From assembly GCF_963921235.1 (NCBI RefSeq), contig NC_086109.1:26042001-26106000 (forward strand): a stretch of DNA of 64,000 nucleotides. Reading direction: 5' to 3'. Numbering within the stretch: the stretch's first letter is position 1; every line of letters begins with the position of its first letter. The notes under the pieces were generated by a model that was not told the origin of the DNA, did not search any database, and saw only the letters and a program-made list of their open reading frames with translations. Below, one piece after another: positions 39,831 to 54,030 of the stretch. The stretch comes from Mobula hypostoma (Eukaryota). The position numbers and the translations under genes were made by a program.

Positions 39831-42800
39831 GTGCATGCTAAATAAATTGTTCCAAACAGCAAATTTCAAAATGATATTTTCCAATCTACTCCAACAAGTA
39901 GCATAGAAATGGGGTTTAGTGTCAATGCTCTGACAGCATCAGGCAACAGAAGTGCAGTATTGTAACTCCATCTACAGTACATCTCTGTAAAAGCAGGTTG
40001 TATACCTTCTATTTGTCAGAAAACCAAGTATAATATTTCTGAAACCCAAGTATAATAGTTTTTTTTCCAATAACATTTAAGGCTGAAACCACTATGAAGG
40101 CTGCAGGCATTTTATATGCTACAGTAGATTTTAAATGATGCTGTGATTGATTGATTGATTGATTATGGAACTATGAGGAAGGTGCAATTATTTAATGTTT
40201 CTAGTTGATAAATAGAACTTAATCTAAAATGAGAATAGACATTGTACATTAATATTTGCTGACAGTACCACTTATGTATTATCGACCCAGTTCATTGATT
40301 GGCATCTTATAAATAAGGTTTTCAATGTATTAATTATATTCTTTGAGATTGGTATATATTTGCTCCAAATCCTGGAAGCTTATTATTGTTAAACTTAGAG
40401 GGGTCTAAACCTTGAGCCCCTTATTAACCCCCTAAAGACTAAACATAAGATCTGAACTTTGATTAGTATCTTATTTAAGTGAAGGATTTCTAAATGTGTG
40501 CTCATTGTTACTGCTGAAGTGTATCAACTTGAAAAAAGGATGAAAGTTGATGCAAATGTGAGTGAATCAAAAAGAAAATCAACTGAAGAGGTTATGTCCA
40601 TGTTTTGTAAATACAACCACCGTATTAGGATGCCCCAGAGGGGAACATAAAAGGAAGTACGCTACGAAGTTTTACTTGGTAGTACTTCGAGACTTTAGAA
40701 AAATCTCTTATACCGTTAAGCTGATTAAGAAAAACTGGAATGTGGGGACTCCATATGCTTTAAAGATGTTCAAATAAATGCTGTTCTGATCAGAATTTAT
40801 TTCATTTACTTTCAAAAGTAAATATCAATTTGCTTTGGCAGAAGCAGATGAACTGTCTGCAAAAATAACGTGTTAACTTTACAGAATTTTTTAAAAATTA
40901 TATAAATGGGACATACTCAGAAGGCTTGCATGTAGCCTTCCTTCTTCCAGACCCAGGATCCAACAATATTAGCACAATGGACACGAGGTCTGCAGAGCGG
41001 ACTTTGCATTCAGCTTCTAAAGAGTCTAAAATGTCTTAACTCACCCCCTTTTATCCCCTCAAAATTCAAGGCATACGGAAGATTAGAGGGAGTAGAGGGG
41101 GGTGAGAGCAGACTGCATTGTACAGCACAGTTCCAAGATGCTTTCCATCTGCTGCTGCCAGAGAAGTGCCAAATTCAGCACATGATGGAACAATGGGCCT
41201 TAATCAAATGTCACCAGAGCAACTTGGCATTTCAGATTTCACATTTCCTATTGCACTTCATATCAATCCAAATTTGCCATGATGGTGGAGGGAAGTGGTG
41301 TGTAGTTGCAACAGCAAATGATGGTTAAACAGAGAGACCAGTCCATCTACCTACGATGATGGCTGGAGAATAGTTAGAGAAGATCAAGTTAAAGGAAAAA
41401 AGTTGAAGGGGGAAATCAGCTGTTAGAGAACACATTGGAGCTGATCGTCCTGATCAAACCTGCTACCTGAACCCTTCTGCTCAATAACTGAACACTCTAA
41501 GCCAATCTCAATGAGGACAGTATGGCCCTCCATACCCAAGTCATTCCACTGCTTAAGGTGAGGTGAGCAGCAATTTGGCTTCAAGATTTATTTCTCATGC
41601 CCTCATAATCATTTAAATACAGCTTAAACTGATTAAAAAAAATTAGCAGCCAATCAAATAAAAGCAGTTGTGTATTTTACTCTTGCTATTCCTACTGTAA
41701 AGCTGAAGATCCAAATGCACTTTACACCTGGCCCCTCCTTCAATTTTTTGCACTCCATTGCAAGTCCAGTGCTAAAGCAAAGCAAGTGGGCAGATGCAGT
41801 GACATGAAAATCAGATACACTGAAAATGGAGATAAGGATAGCCAGAGATTCCCTACTGAACTGCAAACTAAAAGTATGATCTGGCCAAATAAGCTTAACA
41901 AGGCAATGAGTGGATAAAACTGACTTAGGCTTAAGCATTTACTGACAAATGCGGAATGCTACACTATTAACGCTCAACACTACTTACAGCATTCAATGGT
42001 AAAACATTACACTGCAACAGTTTATTTGAAATGACAGGCAAAGGCTGCTTGTGGAAACCATTTGTAAGTTTTTATCAAGGTTATAGTTCAAACATCAAAA
42101 CTCAATACTTGAATTAGTTATGCTATCAATTTCTTTCTAAAATAAACTCTTCTCAGGCTGTAAGTTGGGTAAAGATATCAATTATAACTGAAATTCTGAT
42201 AACAAACCCTGCCATCTTCTTTAAGGATGATGCCTGGGCAAGTCCAGTCTAGTGGTATTTACATCCCTGTATTCTGTCCCTCCTGATTGGTCAGTCCTCA
42301 TCTAATCAGGTTTCTGCACTCCCACCTTGTTTACAATCGAATTCCAGTTATTACTTAGAACAAGACTTTTGCTTTTGTTAAAATTATTTTCTTCTAAGAA
42401 CTGGAGTTTAGAGTGATTTAGAGTTCAATTAAGTGCCATGTCAAAGTTGTTGCATTAATTTACTACACTGACTTTATTTCTTAATTACTTAATTATAACA
42501 CTCCAGCATGTGTTGCATCTTAATATTTATTCTATACAGAGTGCATCAAACTTCGCAAATATTTATCCATGCTTATTGAAAATTACACAAGTCAAAATGA
42601 AACAAAATTTTGTTTTACATTTCATTATGTGAAACTAACAAATGATGACTGAACTGGCTCATAACTAATAGAGCTATTGTCTCTCTATGTCTAATGATTG
42701 AATCCAGTTTGTTCCCATCTACATACATCCAGACTGTAAACCAGGGCATAAATCATATCTTTTGCAATCTATCTAGTATTCAATCTATACAATTAATTTC

Positions 42801-43148
42801 TGAAGAAATAAAAAATACTTTTTCATTGCCAGAGTATGCTCGGTGATATTATCGTTTCTTAAAAAAAATACTTAAATGGAAAACCTCCAACCATGTAGGC
42901 ATGTTTTGTGACTATTTAACACTCAGATATTTTGGGGAGCTATCTATACGATGTAGCTTTCTTCAGGAGCATGGTAAATTTGCCACTGACCCAAGTTGTT
43001 CTTGTGTGCTATTACATTTGAGTCCTACGTACTAATTACATGATTGTTACTTATACTGGAAAATATAGCCCATCTGACCTACATATTGAAGAGTACATGT
43101 GGAGTTTTGGGTGGGAGATGAGCTTGAGATGGTATGTACTGCAATATA

Positions 43149-43370
43149 TACATTCGGAGGCCATTTTATTAGGTACAGGCGTGGTCTTCTGCTGCTGTAG
43201 CTATCTACCTCAAGTTTGATGTGTTTGTGTTCAGAGAAGCTCTTCTGCACACCACTGTTGTAATGTGGGGTTATAGGAGTTACTGTTAGCTTTAACTAGT
43301 CTGGTCATTCTCCTCTGACCTCTCATTAACAAGGCGTTTTCACCCACCTAATAAAAGGTCACCAAGTGCA
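43149..43370. mobile_element. Short Tc1-derived MITE, same family as 23197-23728
   Basis: Degenerate TIRs cattcggaggccattttattaggt and acctaataaaaggtcaccaagtg; interior shared with the 23 kb copy. Confidence 0.65.
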
Positions 43371-43579
43371 ATTTCAAATGTTATTTGAACTGGATTTAAG
43401 ATTGTAATGGCAACTCAGTTTATAAAGAAGCGAAAACGCCAACATATTTTCATGTCAGAACTCTTACTAAGGTTAAGCTTCATTAAATCCTATTATGCAT
43501 GCCAGTTCATGCTTTCAGCTAAAAACGTATTTATATGCTAATTAGTTCCAAATCCTTATCTGTATTTCCTATATTGCAG

Positions 43580-43596
43580 AGGTGGACAATGCCTAA
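43580..43596 (+). CDS. LHFPL5: LHFPL5 terminal coding micro-exon (exon 43580-43622; coding part EVDNA-stop)
   Basis: tgtatttcctatattgcag|AG GTG GAC AAT GCC TAA ... ATG|gtaagt. Phase 1 matches the upstream exon, giving ...FKVENK-E-V-D-N-A*. Mirrors mammalian LHFPL5, where a tiny exon 3 carries the stop and is followed by a 3'UTR intron. Confidence 0.72.
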
Positions 43597-45475
43597 GGAA
43601 GGCATCAGCATTATCAGTTATGGTAAGTAGTTATTTTAAGGTTATAATGAATAAACATTAACAATGTTGGCAAGTTAGCATCAATATATGCTAGAAGCAA
43701 AGTGTAAAATTCCTCTCTATGTAAAGGTAAAGCTTTTCAACTCCTTTCTAACTCCCCGCCAATTTTGTTCAAACCCTTTTTACAGTAGTGACATAGATAC
43801 TGCAATAATGGAGGCATAAAGAATTAACCCAGATCTGCACCATCTCGCTTGTTGACTAAGTTTCCTGTTTCATGAAAGCGTTGCATCTCTGACAAAAAGG
43901 GTGTTGCCCAAAGCAACCTTGATGATGTTTTTCTATTTATTGTGGTAATCTCTCAATATAAAATAGCTACATTCTACATCTCTCAGGATCAAAGACAGCT
44001 GATGGAAGTCTATAAAATTACGAGAGGCAGACAGCATCTTGCCCCCGCTTGGGGGAATGAAATTTCTAATTTTAAAAGACATGCATTTAAGATGGGGGGG
44101 GGTGGGGGGAGAGTGCAGAGGTTCAATAGAGGTGTGAGGCCAGGGTTTAATAGTGGTAGGTACCTGAAATGCAATGCCAGGGGTTGAGACAAATATGATA
44201 GAGCTTTTTAAGTGCTTCTTAGATTAGCATGTTAATGTGGAGATAGAAGGGATTAGGTGTCACAAATTTAGCACATCCTGTTCCTGTGATGTAGTTATGT
44301 ACTTTTCTATATTCCAACTGAACATAGGCATTGGTAATCATCCAAAACAGCACCTGAGAATTCTGGATGTGGAACTTACTATTCCATTGCTGCCTAAGAT
44401 CCAAGTGGCTAACTTTAGGGTTACCCTTTCTTGCATCAGTTTAAATGTTGAGCAATTGAGCAACCTACCAAGACTGACAAAAACTACAGTATTGGGGAAA
44501 GAAAACGTTCTTGATGTTTTTCAGCCCATGCAAAGTACTAACTAGCTCAGATTTCACTGCAACAAAGCATCGCAGCACATTGGTTGGTATCCACACTATT
44601 GAGCTAAGCATATGCCATTATTGCAAGCTTGTAATAGTGCCACAAAGGAAAGAATAGAACGAAGGACTAAAACTGAGAAAGCTCCATTAAAATAACATTT
44701 TATATGAATTTGAATGTAGCCAGTGCAAAAGATTGAACATGATAATCCATAAACACTGAAAATTGTTTATTTGAAAACTTTCAAATGGCTCTGAAAATTG
44801 TAACCAAGTTTTCCAAAGGAAGGAAAAACTCTGATGGCAAGTCTTAGATGTCCAATATTTCCTTGATTTAAGTGGCTCCACTAGGAAATAATGGGTGTCA
44901 TGGCTTGTCATTATTTTCATAAACGTTTGAGGTATCATTAATACTTGATCTGTTAATAATGCAAAGATAAGCAATTGAACAAGTGAGTTCTTTTATTGAA
45001 TATAACCTACTCCTAACTCTATATCTACTAGGAAATGAATTAGCAACAATTTGACAAAAATCAGTCAATTGCATGTTATTAGATCAATATGCTTGTGGTT
45101 GGTAACATTGAGGCCTACTTCAGTGTTCCGGTTTTGACGAATTATCTCCCTTTCAGATAGTTAAGTCTGGACTTAAAACAAAAGAAGTTTAAATATAGTA
45201 AAAGTCACTCCTTATTGGAATTAAGTGTAGATCAAAATCACCCAGTACCATTCTCTAGGATCTCCTTATTTAACCAAGCTCGATTTTTATAAAATATGCC
45301 CCCAAATAATGAATGGAGCCAAATGTAAATAATAGACTGGAATGTTAAGTAAAGATTCTGCAAAGTACAGCTGGGAATATTTGAAGGTCAATGATGAGGT
45401 ATTAGAATAAAAAACAAGAGGCAGATATTAATGCTGCGAAGTAATATTTATCAGGTTGTGTTCTTTTATTTCTAG

Positions 45476-46000
45476 AGCTGTTCCATATGGTAATAGTATT
45501 ACAGAAATTCCACCAAACATGGAACCAAGGAATCTTCAGTATTTTCCTCAGCATCTGGAATGAATTGTGTTGCAGGTTCACAAAAGGATCACTAAATACT
45601 GTAGTTTGTCCTGTAGAAGCGCATTCAAGTTAGAATAGTTGAAATGTTTTATTCCATTAGAAGTTCAATGTATGTACTTCAAACTAGTTCCAGTAATTGA
45701 TAAATTCTAACCTTGATAAAAAAAATCTTAGTACAGTCTGATTGTTTCAATGTGTATGTGATGTTTCAAATGTGAAGAATTAATCATGTTTTGAATTCCC
45801 CTATTAGACTGTTCTTGAATAGTACAAACACATTATCAACAGGAATAAGGCTAGCTTTTTTTCAAATTAGTGCACAGCTGCTGTGACAAGCAATTGGTCA
45901 ATCTATGCTTTTCTCCACCACAATAATTAGAAGCAGAAAATCAATAAAATTACAGTTCAAATAAGCTTGTTACTGCAGGAGCAAGTAATTACAATAAAAC
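45476..46000 (+). other. Candidate non-coding last exon (3'UTR) of LHFPL5
   Basis: Strong acceptor ttgtgttcttttatttctag at 45475, followed by repeat-free AT-rich sequence with AATAAA at 45943 and 45993. Boundaries unverified. Confidence 0.3.
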
Positions 46001-48597
46001 TTTAACTTGCTATTCAACTATTTGGAAATCACAGCATGTCAGCGTCTGCATCACCTTTGTACTGTTCCCCTTAAACTTACCTCACTGGAAAAAAAAATTA
46101 ATTTACATCTTTTAAAAGGTTTTTAAAGGGTATTAATAGGAATAACATTTGGGAGTCTGGAAAAACTGCCAGTCTACCAAACACGCTGGAATAACTGTGC
46201 TTACCCAAACCTCCAGTGGCTCCTGTGCCATCTAACACTACTTTCACAGTTTTTATCAAAATTCACAAGATAAAAATATAATGTGCTTTAAGTTGCATCC
46301 AGACACAGTTTTGGAGAATAAGTATAAGCATTCACAAAAATAATGCAACATTAAAATTAGTACATAATTCTTTGCTCTAAAAGCACAATCATGGAAGCCT
46401 TCTCTAGTTTGGAAATCAAATGTTCTAATTGCATGTGTGCTGTGATACTCAACGAGTTTTACATTTATTGCCAATAAGAACAGTACTGCCAAAATAATAT
46501 GGAATAATACTGCTGGTACTCATGATTTTATTTGTGGATTTGTCTTCTTTGTTGCCATTGACATCCTGCTGGCAAAACAAAAAAAAAATCTTGAATTTAT
46601 TTGTTGATACAAAGTTATAAATTTATTGCATACATTGGTTTATGTCTTAATTCTGACAAAGTGTTTGCTTTCACAATTTTGCCATCTCATCACAATGCCT
46701 CAAAAGATTGTTAACCCAAATATCAGGTTTGAGTTACTGTACTGTTACCAGAATACAATGGATACCGAAAACAATATAGAATAAATTGTCCTAAACCAAG
46801 CTCTTTGGAAAGGACTCCATTCCCATCACAGCAGAAAGGCAAGCCACAAATCAAACTTAGTTGCAGTGCTGGATTCAGTGTTATGCACTGATGGATTCTT
46901 TAAGTTTTTGGAACTTTAGGTACTCTCCAATTTAGCTCAAAACAACTCAGGTTCTCTCACATGCTGACAGCATCTACATGCTTTTCTAATTATACCAGAT
47001 TGTTTTATTCTTTAAAAACAGAAGTCTAAGCAACTGGTCAACGTATCCTACATCACCTTTAATGCTTGTTTTTATTTTAGGAAAAAAAAACACATCTTTA
47101 AAAGCTGAAGGAAATAAAAAGTTAAAATTAAATAATACATTTCAAATCTGGCAGAGTGTTAAGAGAATATGTAAAGCAGTTTTTAAAAGTTTTTTTTTGG
47201 AAAGACCTTTGAAACATTTGTGCCACTATGGAAATATGTTAAACTATTGTGGCCTGCAACGTGTTAAAGTATGACAGCAGAATTTAGACTCAGATAAACC
47301 TCAAAACTTGGGTGCAACTTAATAATTAATAACCTAAATTTGCCTATTGCACCAACAGATCGTGATGACAGTGAATCAGCCTCACGACAGTAGCAAAGTG
47401 TATAATTACATGCTAGTATTTATTAATTTAAAACTTGTGAATTAAAATGCATTTGAAATTAAATTCTACTTTGCCCATTAAAGCTTCACCAACTTGTATA
47501 TTATGAAATAATGAATAAAACTCACTATGTTCAGTCCGAGCTAAGGAGGAGGATCATTGACTATTTTCACAATTGCATAAACTACATCTGTAGGAATTTC
47601 CAAGCACAAAGAATTCAAATCCCCACACAATTGTTCATGGCTACAAAGGATTGTTAGTTTTTAAGCAGATCTGCATTATTAAAGAATATACTAAATACCA
47701 AGAAATGCCTATATCAAGTATTATACCTGAAGTCCCATTTCTATATGCAGCTCCAATTCATTTCAAAATTAACTTGACATAAACATAAGAATATGCTTTT
47801 GCAAAGCTGGGGTTAAAGTAATAATGCAAAACAAAAATATTCTATGGGGGTTCAGTAAATGTACAAAATTTCACTGGTAGAAGTAAATGTTGCAGTATGT
47901 AAAATCACAGGGGGTAATAGAAAAACCCATAAGCCAATTTTGCACAAGGTTTCACAAAAATGGCAAGGATGTCAAGAATTGCTGAGTAACTTGCCACTGC
48001 ATTCTCACTCTTCCCTTAAGTCATTCCTATTGGTCAATAAAGCTTACAAATCACAGTGTGCCTTAGTTTTGCAGCCAGATTCACCATCATGACAACTAGA
48101 AAGTTCAAAATATCTGTGGCAACATGCCGTCAAATTGAGCAGAACTGAGAGATCACCAGCGCATTATGCCAACGAATTCAGGTCTTTTGCATTCTAATAA
48201 CTTATATTTGCTGGTAATTACAAGACTAAATGATAGCAGTTCTGTGTGACACTTCTGCCAATACTATTGGCATCCCAATAGATTTTAAGCATTAAATAGT
48301 TGATAAAGACATCAAGAAAAAATGTCTGAATGGAGCATGAGAAGCTCATTGGTATCACTAAGAGCCTTTGATTCCAGCACATTCAAAAGGCTGGTACTCA
48401 CATCATTGCAGATGGTGGAGTACTGTAGTACTGTACCAACCCAGATTGTTTAAATCTAGATGAGAGCCTGAATCAAAAAAATTTCAGCCTCAAGCGAAAT
48501 ACAAAGATGAGTCATCATGCTCACAAATGGCTTTTGAAATGTGGACAAAAGAAGTCTCAGACTTTCATTTTTGGGCAAGAATACCAATATTACACAT

Positions 48598-50832
48598 CAA
48601 TGGTTCTCAAACTTTTTCTGCTCCATGCCCATTTGTGTCTTTCATTTAATTCTGTGACCCCCACACTCCAGTCTCCATCAGTTGTTTAAGCTTTTTTTGG
48701 TCAAATGTACTAATTATTCTAATATACAGTAAATATTTATATTTTAATAGGTTATTGGTATTTTTGTTAATGTGTTACAGGTGTATATGAAAAGTAAAAC
48801 TACTTCAAAGCTCTGAATAGGATAATTTAATATACTGTGTATAATATTCTTTCCACGAGCAATTAAAAACACTTAATATTGTTACTTTATTTTGTGAATG
48901 CTTCGCAACTAATCTAAACTAGCGAGTTTCTGAATATCTGGTTGCAATTTGGTTAAAGATAATTGAAGATCACCTATTTTCACAACATCAAGACTGTTAC
49001 AGGTTCTTGAAGCAGGAAAACTATATTAAGATAAAAACGGGAAATCCAATTAAAAACAACTTTGCTTTCTTGGAGTTGTGGAAACTTATTTTGAATATCA
49101 CTAGTTATCCAGAAATTTTGCTTGTTGGGTTTGAATTTTGCTTGAGCTGTTATATCCCTCTGCAACTCAATAAGGCATTCTTGCAATATGGTGGCAACAT
49201 CATCCACATTCACCCCAAATGGATTCACCACCCAATCTGGAATATGCATCTCCAGCAGGTTTCAAAACTGAAATTCCATATTGGTATGCAGTTGTTTGAA
49301 ATGATCAAGCTATACAATCAGATTATCTTCTTGCAATTCTGTTTTAAGAATGACCAGCGAAGGAAATTGCATAAACCCGATGTCGAATATTGCTGTTGAA
49401 AAGTTTTCCAAGAAAAGTGAGAATAACCTCTTTGCATGATATGAGATTGCAGTCCCCCCCCCATAACTAGTTTAATAAATTCAATTTTTTTTTAGACATA
49501 TATCTGACCGGTAAAATGTCAGACGTAGCAGTGACAATTTGTTCTCCAAGCTGCTTTAACACTTAGAAATGCATAATACTATCCCAAAATGCAACAAAGA
49601 GAATTACCTTTTGATAACCAGCGGACCTCCACATGTATTAGCAGCCATTCATAAATCTTCATTTTCCTCAAAGTTGTCAAAAAGGAGAATTTTAAAGTGC
49701 ATTTGATTTGATGAAGTTGACAGCCATTATTACAGCAGCAAGGGTGTCGTGCAAACATCGTCCAAAATTTTTTGCAACCAAATGCTGACAGTAGATGACA
49801 GTATGCAAAAAAATGTCAGGCACAGCATTTTTAATGAGCATGGCCCATATTGTAGTAATCTGTACCATTTTCCTACCATCAAAGCAGCACCATCAGTTGC
49901 ACAAGCCATTATACTTTCCAGCAGAGTATTGTTTTTCAAAAAAAAGCTCTTGCTTTTTGCCCAAAAGCTCAAGACAGATAACATATGTGAAACTTTGTGC
50001 AGAAGCCTGATCATCAAAAACCTAACACGTTATCAGAAAGGCTTCATTATTACGTAAAATGCTTTCATCGATTTGCAGGGCAAACCCCTTAACTGCAGCC
50101 TTCATGTCATGTTTTATAACTGTAACATGAACAGGTCAGTGGAATATAAACAGGACCAGCCTCTTTGTGCATACTTGCTGGTTGGTCTTGCCAACACCAC
50201 CCAATTTTCAGTTTGTTCGTGATACTCACAACCATTTTAGTTTAGATGACTACAACATAGCCCATGCCAGGCTTTGCATATAATCTTTCTGATAGGGTTT
50301 TGATCTGAAAATCCTGCTAACCTCTGACATATTTCAGTTGAAATTAGATTCTGATCGTTCCCTATTAACATGTACTTAGCTATAACCAATCTCTAGCTGG
50401 TGGAGCACAGAATCATGCTGGGTCATACCCGCCTGCTCACTGTATAATCAGTGATTTATGGGTGAATGTGGAGCAGGGCTCAGCTGGCCACAATGCAGGG
50501 TGTGAACAATGATTTGTACATGATCAAGGAGGAACAGAGGTAACAACTGATGTGCCATACCCCACCCCCCACATACAGGTGAAGCTGTTTTGCTGCCTCT
50601 TTTGCATTAGGTAGCATATTTTCCCCATTCATTTCATTCAGGGTTCCAACTAAATTACGTATATTCATTTTTTATTTATATATTTTAGTAATATTCCATC
50701 AAAACAGTAAACTTGTGGCCCATTCATAAACTCCTGTGACCCCAGTTTCTTGTTTTTTTTAAAAACTTGTGGTCCCTACGAAATCTGACATGGCCCCCTA
50801 GGATGCAGTATGGCCCAAAATGAGAACCACTA
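48598..50832 (-). mobile_element. hAT Charlie/Buster-type DNA transposon fossil
   Basis: TIRs caatggttctca and tgagaaccacta. Minus-strand transposase relics ACATDGAALMVG, LLIHVEVRWLSKG, IPDWVVNPF and GDLQLSLTKLQPDI, with many stops and frameshifts. Confidence 0.85.
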
Positions 50833-50839
50833 ATACATG

Positions 50840-53240
50840 ATTTTAAAAACAGGCAGTTATCAACAGGAAGTCAGTGCTGTTGTCAGCTATTAAAACTGAA
50901 TTTTACAGATTAAAAACAAGCTCTGAAACAAATACCTGTAACAGATGTGAAAAAGCAATGAAATAACAAAAATATTAGCACGCGACTTGTGAACAGAAGT
51001 GCAAGTAGCTAAGGATAAAGAACAGATATCAGAATATAATAAAGGGTTTAAATGCCTTCAGTTTTCAACATGCAGCTTTTCAATCTTGGCAGTATGAAAG
51101 TCAATGACAAAATTAATCTACCTGGTTTAATTCCCATCTTTCTTTCTTGCAAATTGTAGTTTTTTTTCCATTAAATATTTAAACTGGGCTATCTGGATGA
51201 ACAATCCCTTAATCTTTCTGCTCTATAAATATCTACATTTTTGTTTGCAACTGATTTAAAAAAAATGACAAACATGACAGCAAAATTCTATTTTTAGAAC
51301 TCCACACCATTTATGTGGGCATTAAAAATTTAAAAAGCCCAGGTGATCTATTTTAAATATCTTTAAGGTAAACATGGCTGCCACTTGACTATATTTAAAA
51401 AAAATAACACTATTAAAGGGGACCATCCGTAAAATTTAAGGTGCATGTATCAAACATGCAGAGCAATTGCTTGGAACAGTAGCAGCACTAACAATTCTTG
51501 GAGTCTATGGAAGTGCATTCTTAATTCTCAATGCAATGAATTTTTGAAAGACAAAAACATGGATGCATCTAATCTGCTTTATTTTCAAACTTTGCACAAT
51601 TACTCTTTTATAAGCAAGAAATTCCTTTGAAAGCTACCAAATGCCACTGCTGCACATTTTATATTTAGATTGATTTTTGTGGTGCTTTACATCAAGTGAA
51701 TTTCAGGATAGGAATCAGATCACCGCACTTTACAAATACTGGGAAAGTAGATAGAAAGAGTAATCTATAAAGCAAATAGTTGGGCCATTCTGAACAACGT
51801 TAGTTGATACAACCTGACCTGATGTGCCATTTTAAGGTTCAACTCAATGGTACTAAAATCATATGCAATTGCCCAGTAATAGAACTTAATAAGGTACTGA
51901 AAGGTACTTATCTATGATTGAGTTACTTTACATGAAACACACACAACCTGGCCCAATGTTACCAAAAGCAAATAAAAGCCCACCTTAGTTTACTCAGCTG
52001 TTTTGGTCAATAGTGATGAATTGAAATGCACCAGTATACTTTATACCTGGAAATAAATCAGCGCATCTTCTGTAGACTGAGAACACATCATAAGCTAAAA
52101 ACAGACACCATGTTATCTTACATTATGGCCCAAATGCTTTAAGCTTGTATAAAAAAAAATCACTGGAAATGTTTCACTCCATGTCAGGCAGTGGTCAAGA
52201 ATTTCCTTTAAAAAAAAGAACTTTACAAACTCAACTTTGTCATGTACAATATTAACGAATATCATATGCAAAAGTTTTTTTTTAATTTTTGAAATAGTTT
52301 GGTTAGGCAAACAAGCCACACTCCAATGTAGCAGAACATGATCAATTAATGATCAAACCCAGTAGCATTCCTGGATATTTCACTAAAGCAGTTTTAAAAA
52401 AAAATTTTCTAGACAGATGACATACAAAACAAATTCGGGAGCCTTCATTAGAAAACAGTAATATTTAAATAGCATGTTAACATTTCTAAGACCTGCAGTA
52501 AATACAAACACAAAAGGAATTGTTTCCTACTATATCTTACTTCTTCAAATAATAACGCCAGAGATTTCAAGTAAGGATAAGTACTTTGGAACTGACAGAA
52601 TGCCTATTTCTAAAGTGCTGTTCCAGGAATGGCAGTTGGTAAGCTGGTAAATGAATAAATGTTAAAAATGGATTATTTGAGTTATTCAGCTATCAACCTA
52701 CCTATAGAAAACATGGTCAAAATACCAAGTGCACAGCCTAGGTCTTAAGCAGGCTAATTTGAAAGCATGCAGACTGGCCAAAAGTCATTCCAAAGCAAAA
52801 AAAGCCATAATTTACTAGATACTTCACTCTCCAATTCCATGGTCAAAATACTATTGGGCAAAACATAGCTAACTCTTTGGTACGAGTATAATATTCCATA
52901 TGGTCTCTTCTACGCGGCAACCTTGTAGCTTTTATCGTCTCCTGGCAAAAAATTTATTTTTAAATTTTAGACGAATGTATACTCGCACTCAACATATACA
53001 TGAACAGTACAATTGTTGAATGTAGACTAAATGATCTTCCATTAGTAACTAACAAATGGCAGCTATGACTATGCAAATTTCTGTAATCCAAACCCTTGTA
53101 TCACCCCTTTCTCCATTTGCTTCAACTGAATGTGTAAAATCTTCCTAAAGATTGAAGGAGCCTGTATTTGTACCTGTTTAAGACAATAAACCAGGTCTTG
53201 TACTACGGACAAAAAATAAATGTTGTAATTAATTTGGTTG
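50840..53240 (-). other. SRPK1: Probable SRPK1 3'UTR (distal end uncertain)
   Basis: Repeat-free AT-rich sequence directly after the stop codon. Minus-strand AATAAA at 52953-52958 and 51578-51583. Confidence 0.5.
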
Positions 53241-53486
<246 letters not shown>

Positions 53487-53826
53487 TTATCTCCCCTGGC
53501 CTACTGACATATCTGACAGCTTTGCTTTCAACTTCTTTGCCTGTGATATTCTCCACTGAACCGATTTAATTGAATGACCGCCAAAATTCATCCGTAGCAC
53601 AAACCTGGCCTCTCCTCCCCCAACTACATTCCCTGCAACCAAAAACTACCTTTAATTTTTTTTATATATAATTCTGACTTTTTAAATCTGAAGCATTGAC
53701 CATTTCTTTCAACAGATACTGCTTAACTGGAGAATGTTTCCAGCATTTTCTGGTTTTAGTTCAGATTTCTGTCAACTGCAGTTCTTGAGCTTTAGTGAAC
53801 TTCAAAGCCTCTGTATACTAATACTA

Positions 53827-54030
53827 ACACACAAAATGCTGGAAAAACTCAGCTGGGCTAGGCAGCATCTATGAAGAGGAATAAACAGTTGATGGAATCC
53901 TGATGAAGGGTTTCAGTCCGAAAGGTCAATTAATTCCTCTCCATAGATGCTGCCTGACATTCTGAGTTCCTCCAGCATTGTATGGTGTTACTCTGGATTT
54001 CCAGTATCTGCAGCATCTTTCGTGTTTTGT
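53827..54030 (+). mobile_element. Penelope-derived palindromic element with hammerhead-like core
   Basis: Inverted arms at about 53827-53892 and 53926-53988; the loop region has CTGATGA (53900) and GAAA (53920). Confidence 0.75.

Noticed and set aside
41280..41560. Possible Harbinger transposase relic (LENTLELI-like segment)
   Set aside because: Too short and degenerate to support without a search.
48590..50840. 8-bp TSD for the hAT element, or a domesticated transposase gene
   Set aside because: Flanks ttacacat and atacatga match at only 4 of 8 positions, and the coding region has many stops and frameshifts.
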